From Eledone cirrhosa (Eukaryota): a stretch of 64,000 nucleotides of DNA. A program made the translations under genes and the position numbers. A model generated the notes under the pieces. The model had not been told where the DNA came from and searched no databases. It saw only the letters and a list, made by a program, of their open reading frames with translations. The stretch is from the NCBI GenBank assembly GCA_964016885.1, contig OZ024748.1, positions 39,928,001 to 39,992,000 of the forward strand, written 5' to 3'. The first letter of the stretch is position 1; each line of letters opens with the position of its first letter. Positions 1 through 13,297 of the stretch are shown here, one piece after another.

Positions 1-229
1 ACCGGCATTTCCATCTCGCTGCGATCTCGGCATTCAATTTTCGTGCCATCGACTGCCCTTACGCTGCTCTTCCCTCTTCACCTCTGCGCCACCCCCGCGA
101 TCACCAGTGTCGTCGTACAACCCGTGTCCACGAGGGCTCGCTGTGGCATTCCCCTCACGAAGACACCCACCATGGAGAGCGCCTCTACTCGTAACGGGAA
201 ACTACCGGCGCAGTAGTTCCCCTTGGATC

Positions 230-920
230 GTTTCCCTGGTCGCAGTTAGTAGCGATGTGGCCTGGTCGCTTACACCGGTAGCATATTATTTCCGGCCTTG
301 ACTCTCTGCAGTCTCTAGCCATGTGCGGGCCCTGGCACCGAAAACAGCGACCTCTAAACGTTCGTGGGCGACCGCGTGCCGTGGTTGCCTACCTTTCACC
401 ATTTCGCTGCCAGCTGTCTTGAGCCTCTGTAGTTGCTATCGCCGCGACACTCTTCTTGGCATCTTCTGCTATGATCCGGGCTATTTCCACCAGTGAACGC
501 ATTTCCATTTCTTTGTAACCCGAGACTTGCTGCAGTTTCACCGCTATGTCGTCTGGAAATCCATTTATGAACGCCAACCGCACCGTACGTTCGCATTCCA
601 CCTGATATCCAGCCAACATGGCCAATCGCCGTATTTCCGCTGCGAAAAGGTCAACGCGTTCACCGTTCCATCTAATTCTTGCCAGCTTAGCGAAAGCGGC
701 TAACGGTCCCTCTGCGAACGCTTCCATCATGCGCCTCTCAATCTTTTGCGCATCTCTTTGGCTGTGTTCGTCCAACTCAAGGAAGAGTACCAACGCGTCC
801 CACTCGAGGTACAGTGCCATGAGGCCAGCCACATCTTCTATCTTCTGCAAGCTTGCGACCAGCCGGACTTTTCGCAGCCAAGCGACAACATCACTTTCAC
901 CGGTAAATGCCCTCTTCTAA
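230..920 (-). mobile_element. LTR retrotransposon (probably Ty3/Gypsy) gag remnant with two zinc knuckles, disrupted
   Basis: Minus-strand ORF 389..850 resembles a gag capsid region. Downstream in shifted frames: CFRCQGPHMARDC (~310-350) and CYRCKRPGHIATNC (~241-282, CX2CX4HX4C). GC-rich relative to flanks; the element probably continues past the window start and up to ~1290. Confidence 0.7.
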
Positions 921-1774
921 TTAGTCTTGCTGTACGTGATAAACAAAAACAACAGACTCCTCTCAGTTTTTCCAGTTGCATTTTTTTTTTTTTTTTTTTT
1001 CAATCAGATCTCAGTTTCCAGTGCCGAAATAGCTTGTGGTTAGAAAAAGCTATCTCACCGCTTTTCATAGGCGCAGCTAAATCCCACTGCTGGTTTCTCT
1101 TCTTCCACGTGCGTCCAACTCCTTAACACCGGGAGCTGCCAAAACTCGCGTCCACACCGTTGTTGGTCACCACTAGAGAGAGGCCGATCTGCTGGCCCTT
1201 CCGGTCGAGCATCCTTCTGGCCAAGCACTCTTCCGGTCGAGCACTCCCTCGCTTCCGGCCACCGCACGCCACACCATACCCACATCAATTAAATCTTTAA
1301 TAGCATCAAACTCTTATTTATCACATCTATATGAATTAATATAAATTTATCCCTATAAGTATACCTATCAATTAAATTAATTTAATTTCTTTTTATAGAT
1401 CTAAATTCCTTATATTTTTAATAAGATTGGTATTTTTCACTAACATATTTATCCTAAAATTTTATTCTCCTTCGATTTTAACATTAGCATTATTCTTTAA
1501 TAACATAAAATTTTCGTGTACCTTTCACCGGCTTGACCTCTTTTCATCCCCAAAGTAATCTTTTCATTCAAAGTATTATTTCCATTCAAAACTGAAGTCT
1601 GCATTCCTCTACTCCTAAATTAAATTTCTACTACTACTATTCTATCAACTTGACCACTTACTACTCTTCTATTGGTCAATTAAAAACCTGTTCCCAAACA
1701 GACTTATTATATTAAATCTTTGTTGGTGTTTTTCAATAAACAAATATCATTATTTCATATATTCATATATGCTT

Positions 1775-1920
1775 TCCAGCATAGTTACGTCCCTTTACGA
1801 TCTGAGTTCAAATCCCGCCGAGGTTGACTTTGCCTTTCATCCTTACGGGGTCGATAAAATAAAGTACCAGTAATGCACTGGGTAATTGCTGGCCTTGTGC
1901 CTAAAGTAGAAACAATTATT
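1775..1920 (+). mobile_element. tRNA-derived SINE, 5'-truncated copy (dominant family in window)
   Basis: B-box-like GAGTTCAAATCC followed by the family core CGCCGAGGTTGACTTTGCCTTTCATCCTTACGGGGTCGATAAAATAAAGTACCAGT and an ATT tail; about 9 copies in the window. Confidence 0.85.
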
Positions 1921-2234
1921 TCATATATTCAGCATATATATGTGTAGGTATGTATATTCCCTCTGATAGTTTGTAAAATGTTTACATAGATCTATATGAT
2001 ATACATACCAACACACACATATATATCCTAGAAACGATCGTAAAATGATGAATTTGTTAATATAAGGAACTGTTTCTTTGTTTTTATTCATTGTTTTTAT
2101 TAATTTATCTTGACTCTGTTTTCCTGTGATTTTCATTGAAAACATTTTTGAATACATCTTTTCTTTTCATGATATTTTGATTACATTGAGTTCTTCATAC
2201 GGATTGGACACTACCGTATATTTTGGTAGATTTA

Positions 2235-2308
<74 letters not shown>

Positions 2309-2354
2309 TAAGTAAGTTTTTAAACAGTGAGCGAGTTTGAAATTAGAAATATAA

Positions 2355-3185
2355 GTTTTCACCGTATTTTTTACTAAAGAAATTTTTAAGCTGATAATGG
2401 GGTTTAGAACCCTCAGATAAATGGAAAAAGATGAGTATTGACGTACGTGGGAGGTCAATACTCATCTTTTTCCATTTCTCTGAGGGTTCTAAACCCCACT
2501 ATCAGGCTAAAAATTTCTTTAGACAAAAATACGGTGAAAAATATATATATAAGGAAAAAAGATGAAATCGTAAATGCAACTGGAGTCTTTTTTTATAAAA
2601 ATATATATTTATTTGGTTCCTTCACCGGTTTCACAGTTCTTCTGCTTTTCAAAAGTAGAATTGAGATGGAGGGTTTGTGGTTTTTCTCACATCTAGTTGG
2701 TGTTTGAATGTTACTTCTGTTTTATATGGAAAAAATGGCTCGAAATGCTAGGTTTTTCGAGAAGTAATTTGGTTGGTTTCCATATAAAACAGAAGTAACA
2801 TTCAAACACCAATCAGATGTGAGAAAAACCACAAACCCTCCATCTCAATTCTACTTTTGAAAATCAGAAGAACTGCGAAACCGGTAAGGGAAGCAAATAA
2901 ATATATATTTTAAAAAAAAAAGACTCCAGTTGCATTTTCGATTTCATCTTTTTTCCTTATACTTTCACTCGTGTAGGACATCTCGTTTTTTTTTTCATTT
3001 TGGAAAAAAACCCTCATTTTCTAATATATATACATATATATATATATATATATGAAAAAGTATGACCCCGACGGCAGAGCTCAAGCCGTTTCGACGGCAG
3101 AGCTCAAACCGTTTCGACGGCTATTTCTGGACTGAAATAGCCGTCGAAACAGCTTTAGTTCTGCCGTCGGGGTCATACTTTTCCT
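2355..3185. repeat. Three consecutive long inverted repeats (hairpins)
   Basis: Arms ~2355-2440/2454-2542, ~2549-2732/2777-2960 and ~3055-3125/3135-3183 are near-perfect reverse complements by eye. Confidence 0.85.
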
Positions 3186-3263
3186 ATTTCCCACTCTACT
3201 ACCCTAAGTATTGAGTACTCTGGTGCGTTATGGTCCATCTGGTTCCTTTCCAGAATTCTTTTG

Positions 3264-3301
<38 letters not shown>

Positions 3302-3592
3302 GTACGTATATTCGTGTATTTGATGACTGACAAAATAAAATAAAATTTCTGAGTGAATTGTGAAGCAAATGATGGATAAATCAACAATTAAACAAAGAGA
3401 TATATAAATATGTAAGTAAATGATGGAATAATGGCCGCATGGGTAAAGAAAGTAGGCTGTTGTTGGTAACAACCGGTCATTGTTTGTTCATACTCTTAGA
3501 ACATGTCAATTCTTTACGTGCATACACACCCTCCATTATTTACATATTCACACAACCACCTCTGTGTTTATATACATATATGTATATATATA

Positions 3593-3687
<95 letters not shown>

Positions 3688-3689
3688 CA

Positions 3690-3995
3690 TACATAAACAT
3701 GCCCAAATGATGTTGGCATCACCTTTAGTGTACACCCAAGGTTGGGCCCCGTGCTATCCGGCCACGACAAAAATCCCACTCGCATCACATAACAACAATA
3801 CGGCACAATTATTTCACCTAAATTGGCCCTGCATTCTTTAACATTACACCAAAACACATCAAAGCAGAAACAGACCCCATCAAGTTCAAGAAGTTTTTGG
3901 ACAAATCCCTTCAAGAAATCCCGGATAAGCCCCCTACAACCGGATATGCCTCCGAAAACAATAACTCTCTGCTCGATTGGGCCATGGTGCTCAAA
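3690..3995 (+). mobile_element. 3' fragment of a CR1/L2-group LINE ORF2 (degenerate)
   Basis: Translation gives [13 protein letters not shown]...FKKFLDKSLQEIPDKPPTTGY...NNNSLLDW, a typical LINE ORF2 C-terminus. Flanked by an ~85-bp direct repeat (~3412-3500 / ~4091-4180). Confidence 0.5.
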
Positions 3996-4349
3996 CACTG
4001 ATTTGTTCGACTTCGCCAGGTAGTGCTATTAAGTTAGACATGGACAGGGCCCATACTGGCCGAAACCTATCAAAGTTATCAAAGTTATCAAAGTAAATGA
4101 TGAAAGAATGGGGGCATGAGTAAAGAAAGTAGGCTGTTGTTGGGACGAAACCGGTTATTGTTTGTTCATACTCTTAGAATAGTTGCAGTAATCATATAGA
4201 GCTAAAATACGTGGTTGTCGGACGGTAAATAGGTGACCTATACTCTAAGATAATCTGCAGTGAGGTGGAGTAGAATAGTTGCTCTTTATCTTTGGGTTAA
4301 TCACAGCTCGTAAATGTCTGTAAATATTTATTGGGTTGGTTTGCTGAAC

Positions 4350-5015
4350 AAACTCTAACCCTAACACTAACACTAACCCTAACCCTAACACTACCCCTAA
4401 CCATATTGGCCTGGTATGCTGAACAAACTCTAACTCTATCACTACGCCTAACCCTAACCCTAGCCATATTGGCCTGGTATGCTGAACAAACTCTAACCCT
4501 AACACTAACCCTAACATTAACACTAACTCTAACCCTAACTCTAACCCTAACTCTAACCCTAACCTTTACTCTAACCCTAACCCTAACACTAACTCAAACT
4601 CTTAACATTACTCTAACCCTATCTCTAACCTAACTTTAACTCTAAACCTAACTCTAACCCTAACACTAACCCTAACTCTAACTCTAACTCTGACCCTAAC
4701 TCTGACCATAAATCTAAACCTAACTCTAATCCTAACTCTAACCCCACCTCTAACTCTAAACCTAACCCTAACCCTACCCTTAACTCTAAACCTAACTCTA
4801 ACCATAACTCTAACCCTAACTCTAACCCTAACTCTAACCCTAACCCTAACCCTAACTCTAACCCTAACTCTAAACCTAACCCTAACCCTAACTCTAACCC
4901 TAACTCTAACCCTACCTCTAACCCTACCTCTAACTCTACCCTTAACTCTGACTACAACCCTAACTCTAACGCTAACCCTAATGAAACCCCTAAATGGTCT
5001 AACCCTAACTCTAAC
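4350..5015. repeat. Degenerate telomere-like hexamer array (CCCTAA/CTCTAA)n
   Basis: Directly visible; mixes CCCTAA, CTCTAA, CACTAA and ACCTAA units. Confidence 0.9.
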
Positions 5016-5714
5016 GAACCCTCAATCTAAATACTTAGAGTCCCTGGCAAAGAATCAATAAGTTAAGTGGTCCTACATCTGTTTTAATGGAAAGTAGAAC
5101 GACGTGCTCATCTACTCTCGGGATCCAGAGTGGAATAAACGGGGTTGTGTGGAAAAACGCTAATTTTTCTAGTTTGTCTCTGTGATTCTTTCTTAAACCA
5201 GAATTAGTCGTTTAGTTTACATATTGAAACCCCCTACCCATCTTATTTAATATGGGATTTCTAGTAATGTACTTCTATTTTGTCATGTGTGATCATTATT
5301 TTAATGTCTAAATAACATTAATTGTCGCAGGAATGCTACGACTTAAAATAATATTTCACCGGAGATAGATTAGTAAAATTTAATAAGTGGAAGTGGGTTA
5401 ATCTGAAAAATTTAATTTCCAGCCACGCTCTGAGAGTATATCACATACACACATACATCCTGGTATACATATATATATACACATACACATATACATCCAG
5501 GTATACATATATATACACATACACACATACATCCTGGTATATATAAACACACACACCCATACATATTCATCCAGGTATATATACACACACACATCCAGGT
5601 ATATATATAGACACATACAGACATACATCCAGGTATATATATACACACATGCACATACAAACATCTAGGTATACATATACACACTCACACACATCCAGGT
5701 ATACATATAGACAC

Positions 5715-7750
5715 ACTGTGTTCAGACATCACAACATACTGACTGTGTTAAGACATCACAACATACTGACTGTGTTAAGACATCACAACATACTGACTGT
5801 GTTAAGACATCACAACATACTGACTGTGTTCAGACATCACAACATACTGTCTGTGTTAAGACATCACAACATACTGGCTGTGTTAAGGCATCACAACATA
5901 CTGACTGTGTTAAGACATCACAACATACTGACTGTTTTAAGACATCACAACATACTGACTGTGTTGAGACATCACAACATACTGACTGTGTTAAGACATC
6001 ACAACATACTGGCTGTGTTAAGACATCACAACATACTGACTGTGTTAAGACATCACAACATACTGACTGTGTTGAGACATCACATCATACTGGCTGTGTT
6101 AAGACATCACAACATACTGACTGTGTTAAGACATCACAACATACTGACTGTGTTAAGACATCACAACATACTGACTGCGTTAAGACATCACAACATACTG
6201 GCTGTGTTAAGACATCACAACATACTGGCTGTGTTAAGACATCACAACGTACTGACTGTGTTAAGACATCACAAGATACTGACTGTGTTAAGACATCACA
6301 AGATACTGGCTGTGTTAAGACATCACAACATACTGGCTGTGTTAAGACATCACAACATACTGGCTGTGTTAAGACATCACAAGATACTGGCTGTGTTCAG
6401 ACATCACAACATACTGACTGTGTTAAGACATCACAAGATACTGGTTGTGTTAAGATATCACAACATACTGGCTGTGTTAAGACATCACAAGAAACTGGCT
6501 GTTAAGACATCACAAGATACTGGCTGTTAAGACATCACAAGATACTGGCTGTGTTAAGACATCACAAGATACTGGCTGTGTTAAGACATCACAACATACT
6601 GGCTGTGTTAAGACATCACAACATACTGACTGTGTTAAGACATCACAACATACTGACTGCGTTAAGACATCACAACATACTGGCTGTGTTAAGACATCAC
6701 AACATACTGGCTGTGTTAAGACATCACAACGTACTGACTGTGTTAAGACATCACAAGATACTGACTGTGTTAAGACATCACAACATACTGGCTGTGTTAA
6801 GACATCACAACATACTGGCTGTGTTAAGACATCACAACATACTGGCTGTGTTAAGACATCACAAGATACTGGCTGTGTTCAGACATCACAACATACTGAC
6901 TGTGTTAAGACATCACAAGATACTGGTTGTGTTAAGATATCACAACATACTGGCTGTGTTAAGACATCACAAGAAACTGGCTGTTAAGACATCACAAGAT
7001 ACTGGCTGTTAAGACATCACAAGATACTGGCTGTGTTAGGACATCACAAGATACTGGCTGTTAAGACATCACAAGATACTGGCTGTGTTAAGACATCACA
7101 ACATACTGGCTGTGTTAAGACATCACAACATACTGACTGTGTTAAGACATCACAAGATACTGGCTGTTAAGACATCACAACATACTGACTGTGTTAAGAC
7201 ATCACAACATACTGACTGTGTTAAGACATCACAACATACTGACTGTGTTCAGACATCACAACATACTGACTGTGTTAAGACATCACAACATACTGACTGT
7301 GTTAAGACATCACAACATACTGACTGTGTTAAGACATCACAACGTACCGACTGTGTTAAGACATCACAAGATACTGGCTGTGTTAAGACATCACAACGTA
7401 CTGACTGTGTTAAGATATCACAAGATACTGGCTGTGTTCAGACATCACAAGATACTGGCTGTGTTAAGACATCACAAGATACTGGCTGTTAAGACATCAC
7501 AACATACTGGCTGTGTTAAGACATCACAAGATACTGGCTGTGTTAAGACATCACAAAATACTGACTGTGTTGAGACATCACAACATACTGACTGTGTTAA
7601 GACATCACAAGATACTGGCTGTGTTAAGACATCACAAGATACTGACTGTGTTAAGACATCACAAGATACTGGCTGTGTTAAGACATCACAACATACTGAC
7701 TGTGTTAAGACATCACAAGATACTGACTGTTAAGACATCACAAGATACTA
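5715..7750. repeat. 27-bp minisatellite (CTGTGTTAAGACATCACAACATACTGA), ~75 units, with 25-bp variants
   Basis: Visible tandem unit; it produces the spurious VLRHHNILT / VKTSQHTDC repeat ORFs. Confidence 0.95.
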
Positions 7751-8031
7751 TCAAAAGACACGTCAGGGTGAGTATCGAACCCAGGAAACTACGATCACTA
7801 ATCAATCGGAATATCATATAAGCTATTATATAAACTGAATAACTTAGAAAAGTTATGCCAGAAAAAGAGGTCAGATGTTGCGCAAATATCTTACATAATT
7901 ACAGAGATTCTTTTTACAACGTATTAATAAATGTGTTCCACACCTATCCCTGTTTTTATATACCCTACACAGACACCTATATATTAGTGTGCGTAATGTA
8001 GACGTATAATATAATATATACATATACATAT

Positions 8032-8097
<66 letters not shown>

Positions 8098-8100
<3 letters not shown>

Positions 8101-11100
8101 GAAGGCCCAATCACTCGGGCCATTTTCGCTTCATTCACCCACCTTTCAGTAAATTTACTGGGGTGCAGTGCCTCTCTTTCCACCCTGATTCTCCTTCTAA
8201 AGTGATACTTAAAGAAGGGAATCAATTGTTGTCCGGAGAGAAAGGCATCTGTCCTCAGTCCTCTCAACCTCGTCCACCATATAACTTCTTTCACCATAGC
8301 CACCGTACAGAGGAAAACCGCCTCTCTTTCGTTTTTGAAAGAGGCTGGCGGTTTGATCCTTACTATGGACTCGGCAGTCAACTGGATTTGTCCCATACGC
8401 GACAGCAGTTGTTCTGCATAGTTCCACAGGTCGGTTACGCCCGGGCAGTGTACAATTGCGTGCAGAACTGTTTCAATGTCCTGCGCACATCTTGGACACG
8501 TCCTCTTGGAAGGATCCTTGCCGGGGCGTCCGTGCCTGTAGATCTTGTCACGAACCGGTAGAGCTCCTCGGTAGCACTGCCAGGCCAGGGATCTCTGGAA
8601 GTTGTCCATAGGTCCCGGGCAGAAAGTCCTACCAAACAGACTGGTGAGCTCATCGTATTCGACGCCCAGAGTCTCTCCGAGCACGTCGTCGCCCTTGTAA
8701 CGTACAATCCCTCTATAGAATGTCGAAGTGGAGTCTCCACTGAATGCTGCGCCCGCTTGCCAGAGGACTGTGAGCGCCTGAGCGCATTCAATGTGCCAGG
8801 CGCCCATCGTTTTCGGTCTTTTCTTCACCCAGGACTGCAGCTCCGTTAGCGAGACGAGCTGTGGGAAAGCCTGACTCACAAACGGTTCCCACACCGGTTG
8901 GGGGTCGGTGAGGAATACCTGGAGATGCCGCAGCCTCAGCGCATGTTTGCGCATCATCAGTTACGGCATTCCCAGCCCTCCGTTGGAAGGGTGCTGACAG
9001 CAGACGGATCTCCTCACCAGCGGATCCTTCTTCTTCCACAGAAACTGGAAGAGCATGCGTTCCATCTTGGCGAGGTGCTCACGGGGACAAGGCACGACAG
9101 TCAAGCGGTAGTAGATGACGGACGCTATGAAAGTGTTCGCCACCTCCGCTCGACCTTTCAAGGACAGTTTGCACTCTGCCCACTTCTGAGTGAGTGAAAA
9201 CACCTTGGCCGTGACCTCGTTCCAGTTTTTCTCCCCCTGGAGGTCTGGACCGAACCAGACCCCGAGCAATTTCACCAGTCCGTCCGTCCAGCGTCCAACG
9301 ACGCTGTCGGATGTCATCGGTTTGCCTCTCCACGTACCGAGTTGCAAACCGACAGACTTGTCTGGGTTTACTTTTGCTCCCGTCAGCGTTTCGTATTCTT
9401 TCAGTAAGTTGCCGATCACCCCGATTTCCGAGGTGCTCGACACCATTACCGTTACGTCGTCGGCATAAGCCGACGCCGCTTTGCGCAGTCCCGGTTCTAG
9501 GGGATGCCCTGCAACAGCTCCAATTTCCGCAGTAGTGGCTTTAGAGTCAATACATACAGAATGGAGGAGAGAGGGCATCCCTGTCGAATGGAACGCGTGA
9601 TTGCGAACGGCTCCGATAGGTAGCCGTTCACCTTGACCCTCGAGCAGATGCTGGTGTGCATCGCCTCGATCCATCCTCTGAACACGGGACCGAAACCGGC
9701 CGCCTTGAGAACCGCTGGTCGACCCTATCGAATGCCTTAGACTGATCCAAGTTGATCAGAGCCCCCACCGAAGCCGGATTTACTACCCACCCTCTCTATG
9801 ATGTATCGCATGAGGTGGAGGTTGTCGTGTATGGACCTGGTCGGGATTGCACACGTTTGCGCTTTCCCAAACAGTCACGCAAAGTGCCGCTGAAAGGCCG
9901 CGCACATTTGCTTGGGGTCAAGTAGCACGCGTCCGTTTTGGTCTTTCAAAGACCGAATCGTGGACTTGTTGCCACTTTTTGCCTCCGCCACTCGGGCCCA
10001 GCTGACAGCTTTCGCTCCTTCGTTTCCTAGAACACGTGTTTTGCTTCTGACCACGCAGCCTTCGTGTTTCGCATCGAAGAACTGGTCCAGTGCCGTTATC
10101 GACGCTAACACTCTAGCCGCGTTGCCACTTCTAAGTGCCTCCTCTACCTTGGCTACTAGTTCTCTTTCTATTCTGTTTTTCTCTAAGGCTAACTCTCTGC
10201 TATACCCTATCGATTCTATTCTAATTGCTTTCTTGAGAGAGTACCACCATCTATTGTTGACGATGGCTCCCGTTAACCGTTGCTTGACTAGTCTACTTAT
10301 CCGTTCACTGTAAGCTTTACGTGCCGGCAACGACATGTTCAGCTTCCAGTATCCGGGACCCTGTCTATGTATTCTATCACGGTTGACTAAGCAGACGACT
10401 AACTTGTGATCTGAATAGGCAACCATGTGCATTCGTGGACAGCTTAACATCTCCTTGTCCCTTTCTCTAATGAAGAACCTATCTAAATACGATCTAGATG
10501 TCCCACTGCGGTTTACCCACGTCCACTGTGGTGCAGTCGGGAAATCCAGTCGATACCTATCGGCCAGTTGGAATTGGCCGATTAAAGTTTTGAGGCTGTT
10601 GCACTCGCTCTACTGGGACATGCTCCCACATAGTCCCATCGTGCATCTAGGATACCATTCCAGTCCCCCACTAAAATTAAGGAGCGAGACGTTCCCAGAA
10701 AAGACTAGACGCTTAAAGAAGTCTGGCCGTGATTGCAATTTCCCGGTCGGGGCATAAACGGCCACCAGTCTGAAGGCTCCACCTCCGATACTGTTCACGT
10801 CAAGGACTACCAGTCTACCCTTCGGGTCCAAGTGTATTTGCTGTACTCCGACGTCCAGGTTCTTCCGAAACATAACAGCCACTCCACCTCCACCTCCTGG
10901 CTGACAGAGAGATGCGTAGATCTCAAAGTCGTCGAAGATGGGGGTTAGTTGCTGCTTGTTGTGGATCCTGGACTCGGTGATGGCTATCACATCCATACTG
11001 TGTGACCTAAGGTCGTTTAAAAGTTGGCCCTGTTTCCAGGGCATCCCTAGGCCACGCACATTCACGGTTCCAACTCGTAAACCAGCCATGTTGGTGAAGA

Positions 11101-13270
11101 AAAGTTGGAGAAAAAGGACGAAATGTGCACTTACCTTTTCGTTTCCTGGAGATCGGGTTGTTCAATCTCCATTTGGGTGCTGGATGGGGTGTTGGGTGGG
11201 GTGGGGAAACATTTTAACAGGACGCGGTTGATGGGTTTGTGGCAGGGGTTGCTCACGTCCTGTGAAAATTTAAGTTTTAGGTCTTTATAGGTTTCCATAG
11301 AAACCCTTATAAGTTTAAGGTGTGGAGACGATTCTGCCTTGACGAAAGTTTTGACCTCCGTCTCCACCTTGGGGTTTGGGGAGATGACCTCCATCAAACT
11401 CTTGTTGTTTGTGTTGATGTATGCGTATTGTTGTTTGTGTTTTTGTTGTGTTGATGTATGCGTATTGTTGTTTGTGTTTTTGTTGTGTTGTTTTAGTTTG
11501 TTGTTCATCCGGGAGTTTTCTTTTTATGGTGGGTGCTTGTGTTTGGGGTGGTGTTGGTGCTGGTTTTGCTGATAGGGGGATGTTTGACTGTGGTGTTGTT
11601 TGTGTTGTTGTTTGTGTCTGTGGCTGTGTGTTGGTGTTGGTGATTGGAGTTTTTAGGGTTTTGTGGTGTCTCCTTTTTTGTTGTTTAGATTTCCGCGGTT
11701 CTCCCTCTTCTTCACTTAAAGAAGGAGAAGCAGCTTCATCCGTCGATGAATAATCATCGTCAGGTGTGTGGGGTAAGGGTATGTTGTGTGCTGGTGGTGT
11801 TTCGGTATGTGTGTTTGTGGTAGTGTTTGATGGAGTGGGATGGAGTGTGGATGTGTTCTTCAGGGGTGTTGTCTCTGTTTTTTTCTGTTGTTGTTGGTTG
11901 AGTGTCTGTTTGTTTTGGTGTGGTTGCTCGTTTCGTCTGTCGTTGTACTTGTGGTGGTGGTGGTTGTTTTGGTGTTGGTGTTGGTAATAGCGTTTTTTTT
12001 ATGATGTTGTTGTTGTGTGTTTGTGGACAAGAGGCTTTTGGGTGAGCTGTGCTACCACAGCGAAAGCATTGAAATGTTCGTCCTTCTACCGAAATGTTTA
12101 TTTTGTTGTTATTATCAATAACGACACTTTCGGGTATTTTGGAGATTCTCTCCGGTTTCATTTGCAACAGAATCTCCAAATCTGTGTCCGCCCACCTTTG
12201 TCGAATAGATTTTCGTATTGAAAGTATCATATCTGTTTCTGGCTCTACGAAGCCAGCCAAGATCCACCAGATGTTAATGTTTGGAGGTATGTTTTTTATT
12301 TTTATTTTTTGTGTCCTTTTCCCCATGTATGTAGGGAAAAAGGTGTATGCTTTTGACACCATTGGTGTCACAGAGTTTTTTGGGGCGAGTGCCTCGCTTT
12401 TAAACAGTACGGAAACACTTCCGTACTGTTTTCCTCGCTGGAGAAAATCGACATTTGCTAGAATTTCCTTGAAAGTATCTTCTATATCTGCTTGATTAAC
12501 AAATTTCGGCTTTCTTGTCGAATTTGACACAGTCCTAAAAGTGACTGATCTGCGGATTGTGTCTTCCTTTATTTCAAGGGGTTAGTTAATTCTGAACCCA
12601 CCTCTTTCTTCGAAAGTTACAAATTTTCTCCCTTACTGGAACATATCTCTTGCGTTGGAGATATCAAGATTTATAAAATCTTGTTTTTTGTTCACTGTTT
12701 CAGGGAAAGACATTTTCTTTTTTTGTGTGGTGTTGCTGTTGATGTTGTTGTTATCGTTGTTGGAAATCTCAGTTCCTTGTCGAGATGAAACTTTATGTGT
12801 AGATGTATCTGTAGAGTTGTTGATGTCTTTTTCATGTGTATGTATGTCAATGGGTTTAATTGCTGTGTTTTCCTGTGTGTTATTGATATTTTTCTCAGCT
12901 TCGACGGTAGAAATTTTAAAATTTTCAAGTGTTAAAATATTTTTCTCTTTGGTGACAGTTGTATCTATGGCGACGTCCATAGTAGCAGAAGCAGATATAA
13001 CGTTAATATCTGCCTCTTTCTCTCTCTTTTCTCTATTAACGTTGTCCAGCGTTCTTGTGTTGCTCAAGTTATTTACTTTGTAAAATCTGATATTTTAAAA
13101 CAAATTTTTAAAATAAAATTTTCGCCCCTGCAAGGGCGAAAAATGGGATTGCCTCCCAGCTGACAATTCAGGTTGGGGGTTAATCTACAAAATAATGTTT
13201 TTTCAAACAATTAGTTCGGTTTTTTGCATAGAAATTAACAAAAAAGCTTACCGGCGATGTTCTACACGTC
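8098..13270 (-). mobile_element. Tx1/L1-clade non-LTR retrotransposon, near full length but with frameshifts, stops and an internal deletion
   Basis: ORF1 pieces 12633-13067 and 11760-12530 (zinc knuckle CFRCGSTAHPKASC). APE endonuclease 10610-11089 (TVNVRG, ITES, VYAP) and 9875-10450 (SDH, GPGYWKLN). RT 8961-9685 (RQGCPLS, YADD, GGLGMP). C-terminal CPRC..ETVLHAIVHC in 7977-8957. The 3' end abuts (TA)n. Confidence 0.92.
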
Positions 13271-13297
13271 AGACAGAAAGAGAGATAGGTAGATAGA

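Noticed and set aside
5649-7821. Long repetitive ORFs (VLRHHNILT)n
   Set aside because: By-product of a stop-free 27-bp minisatellite; frames shift at 25-bp variants; no splice or start context.
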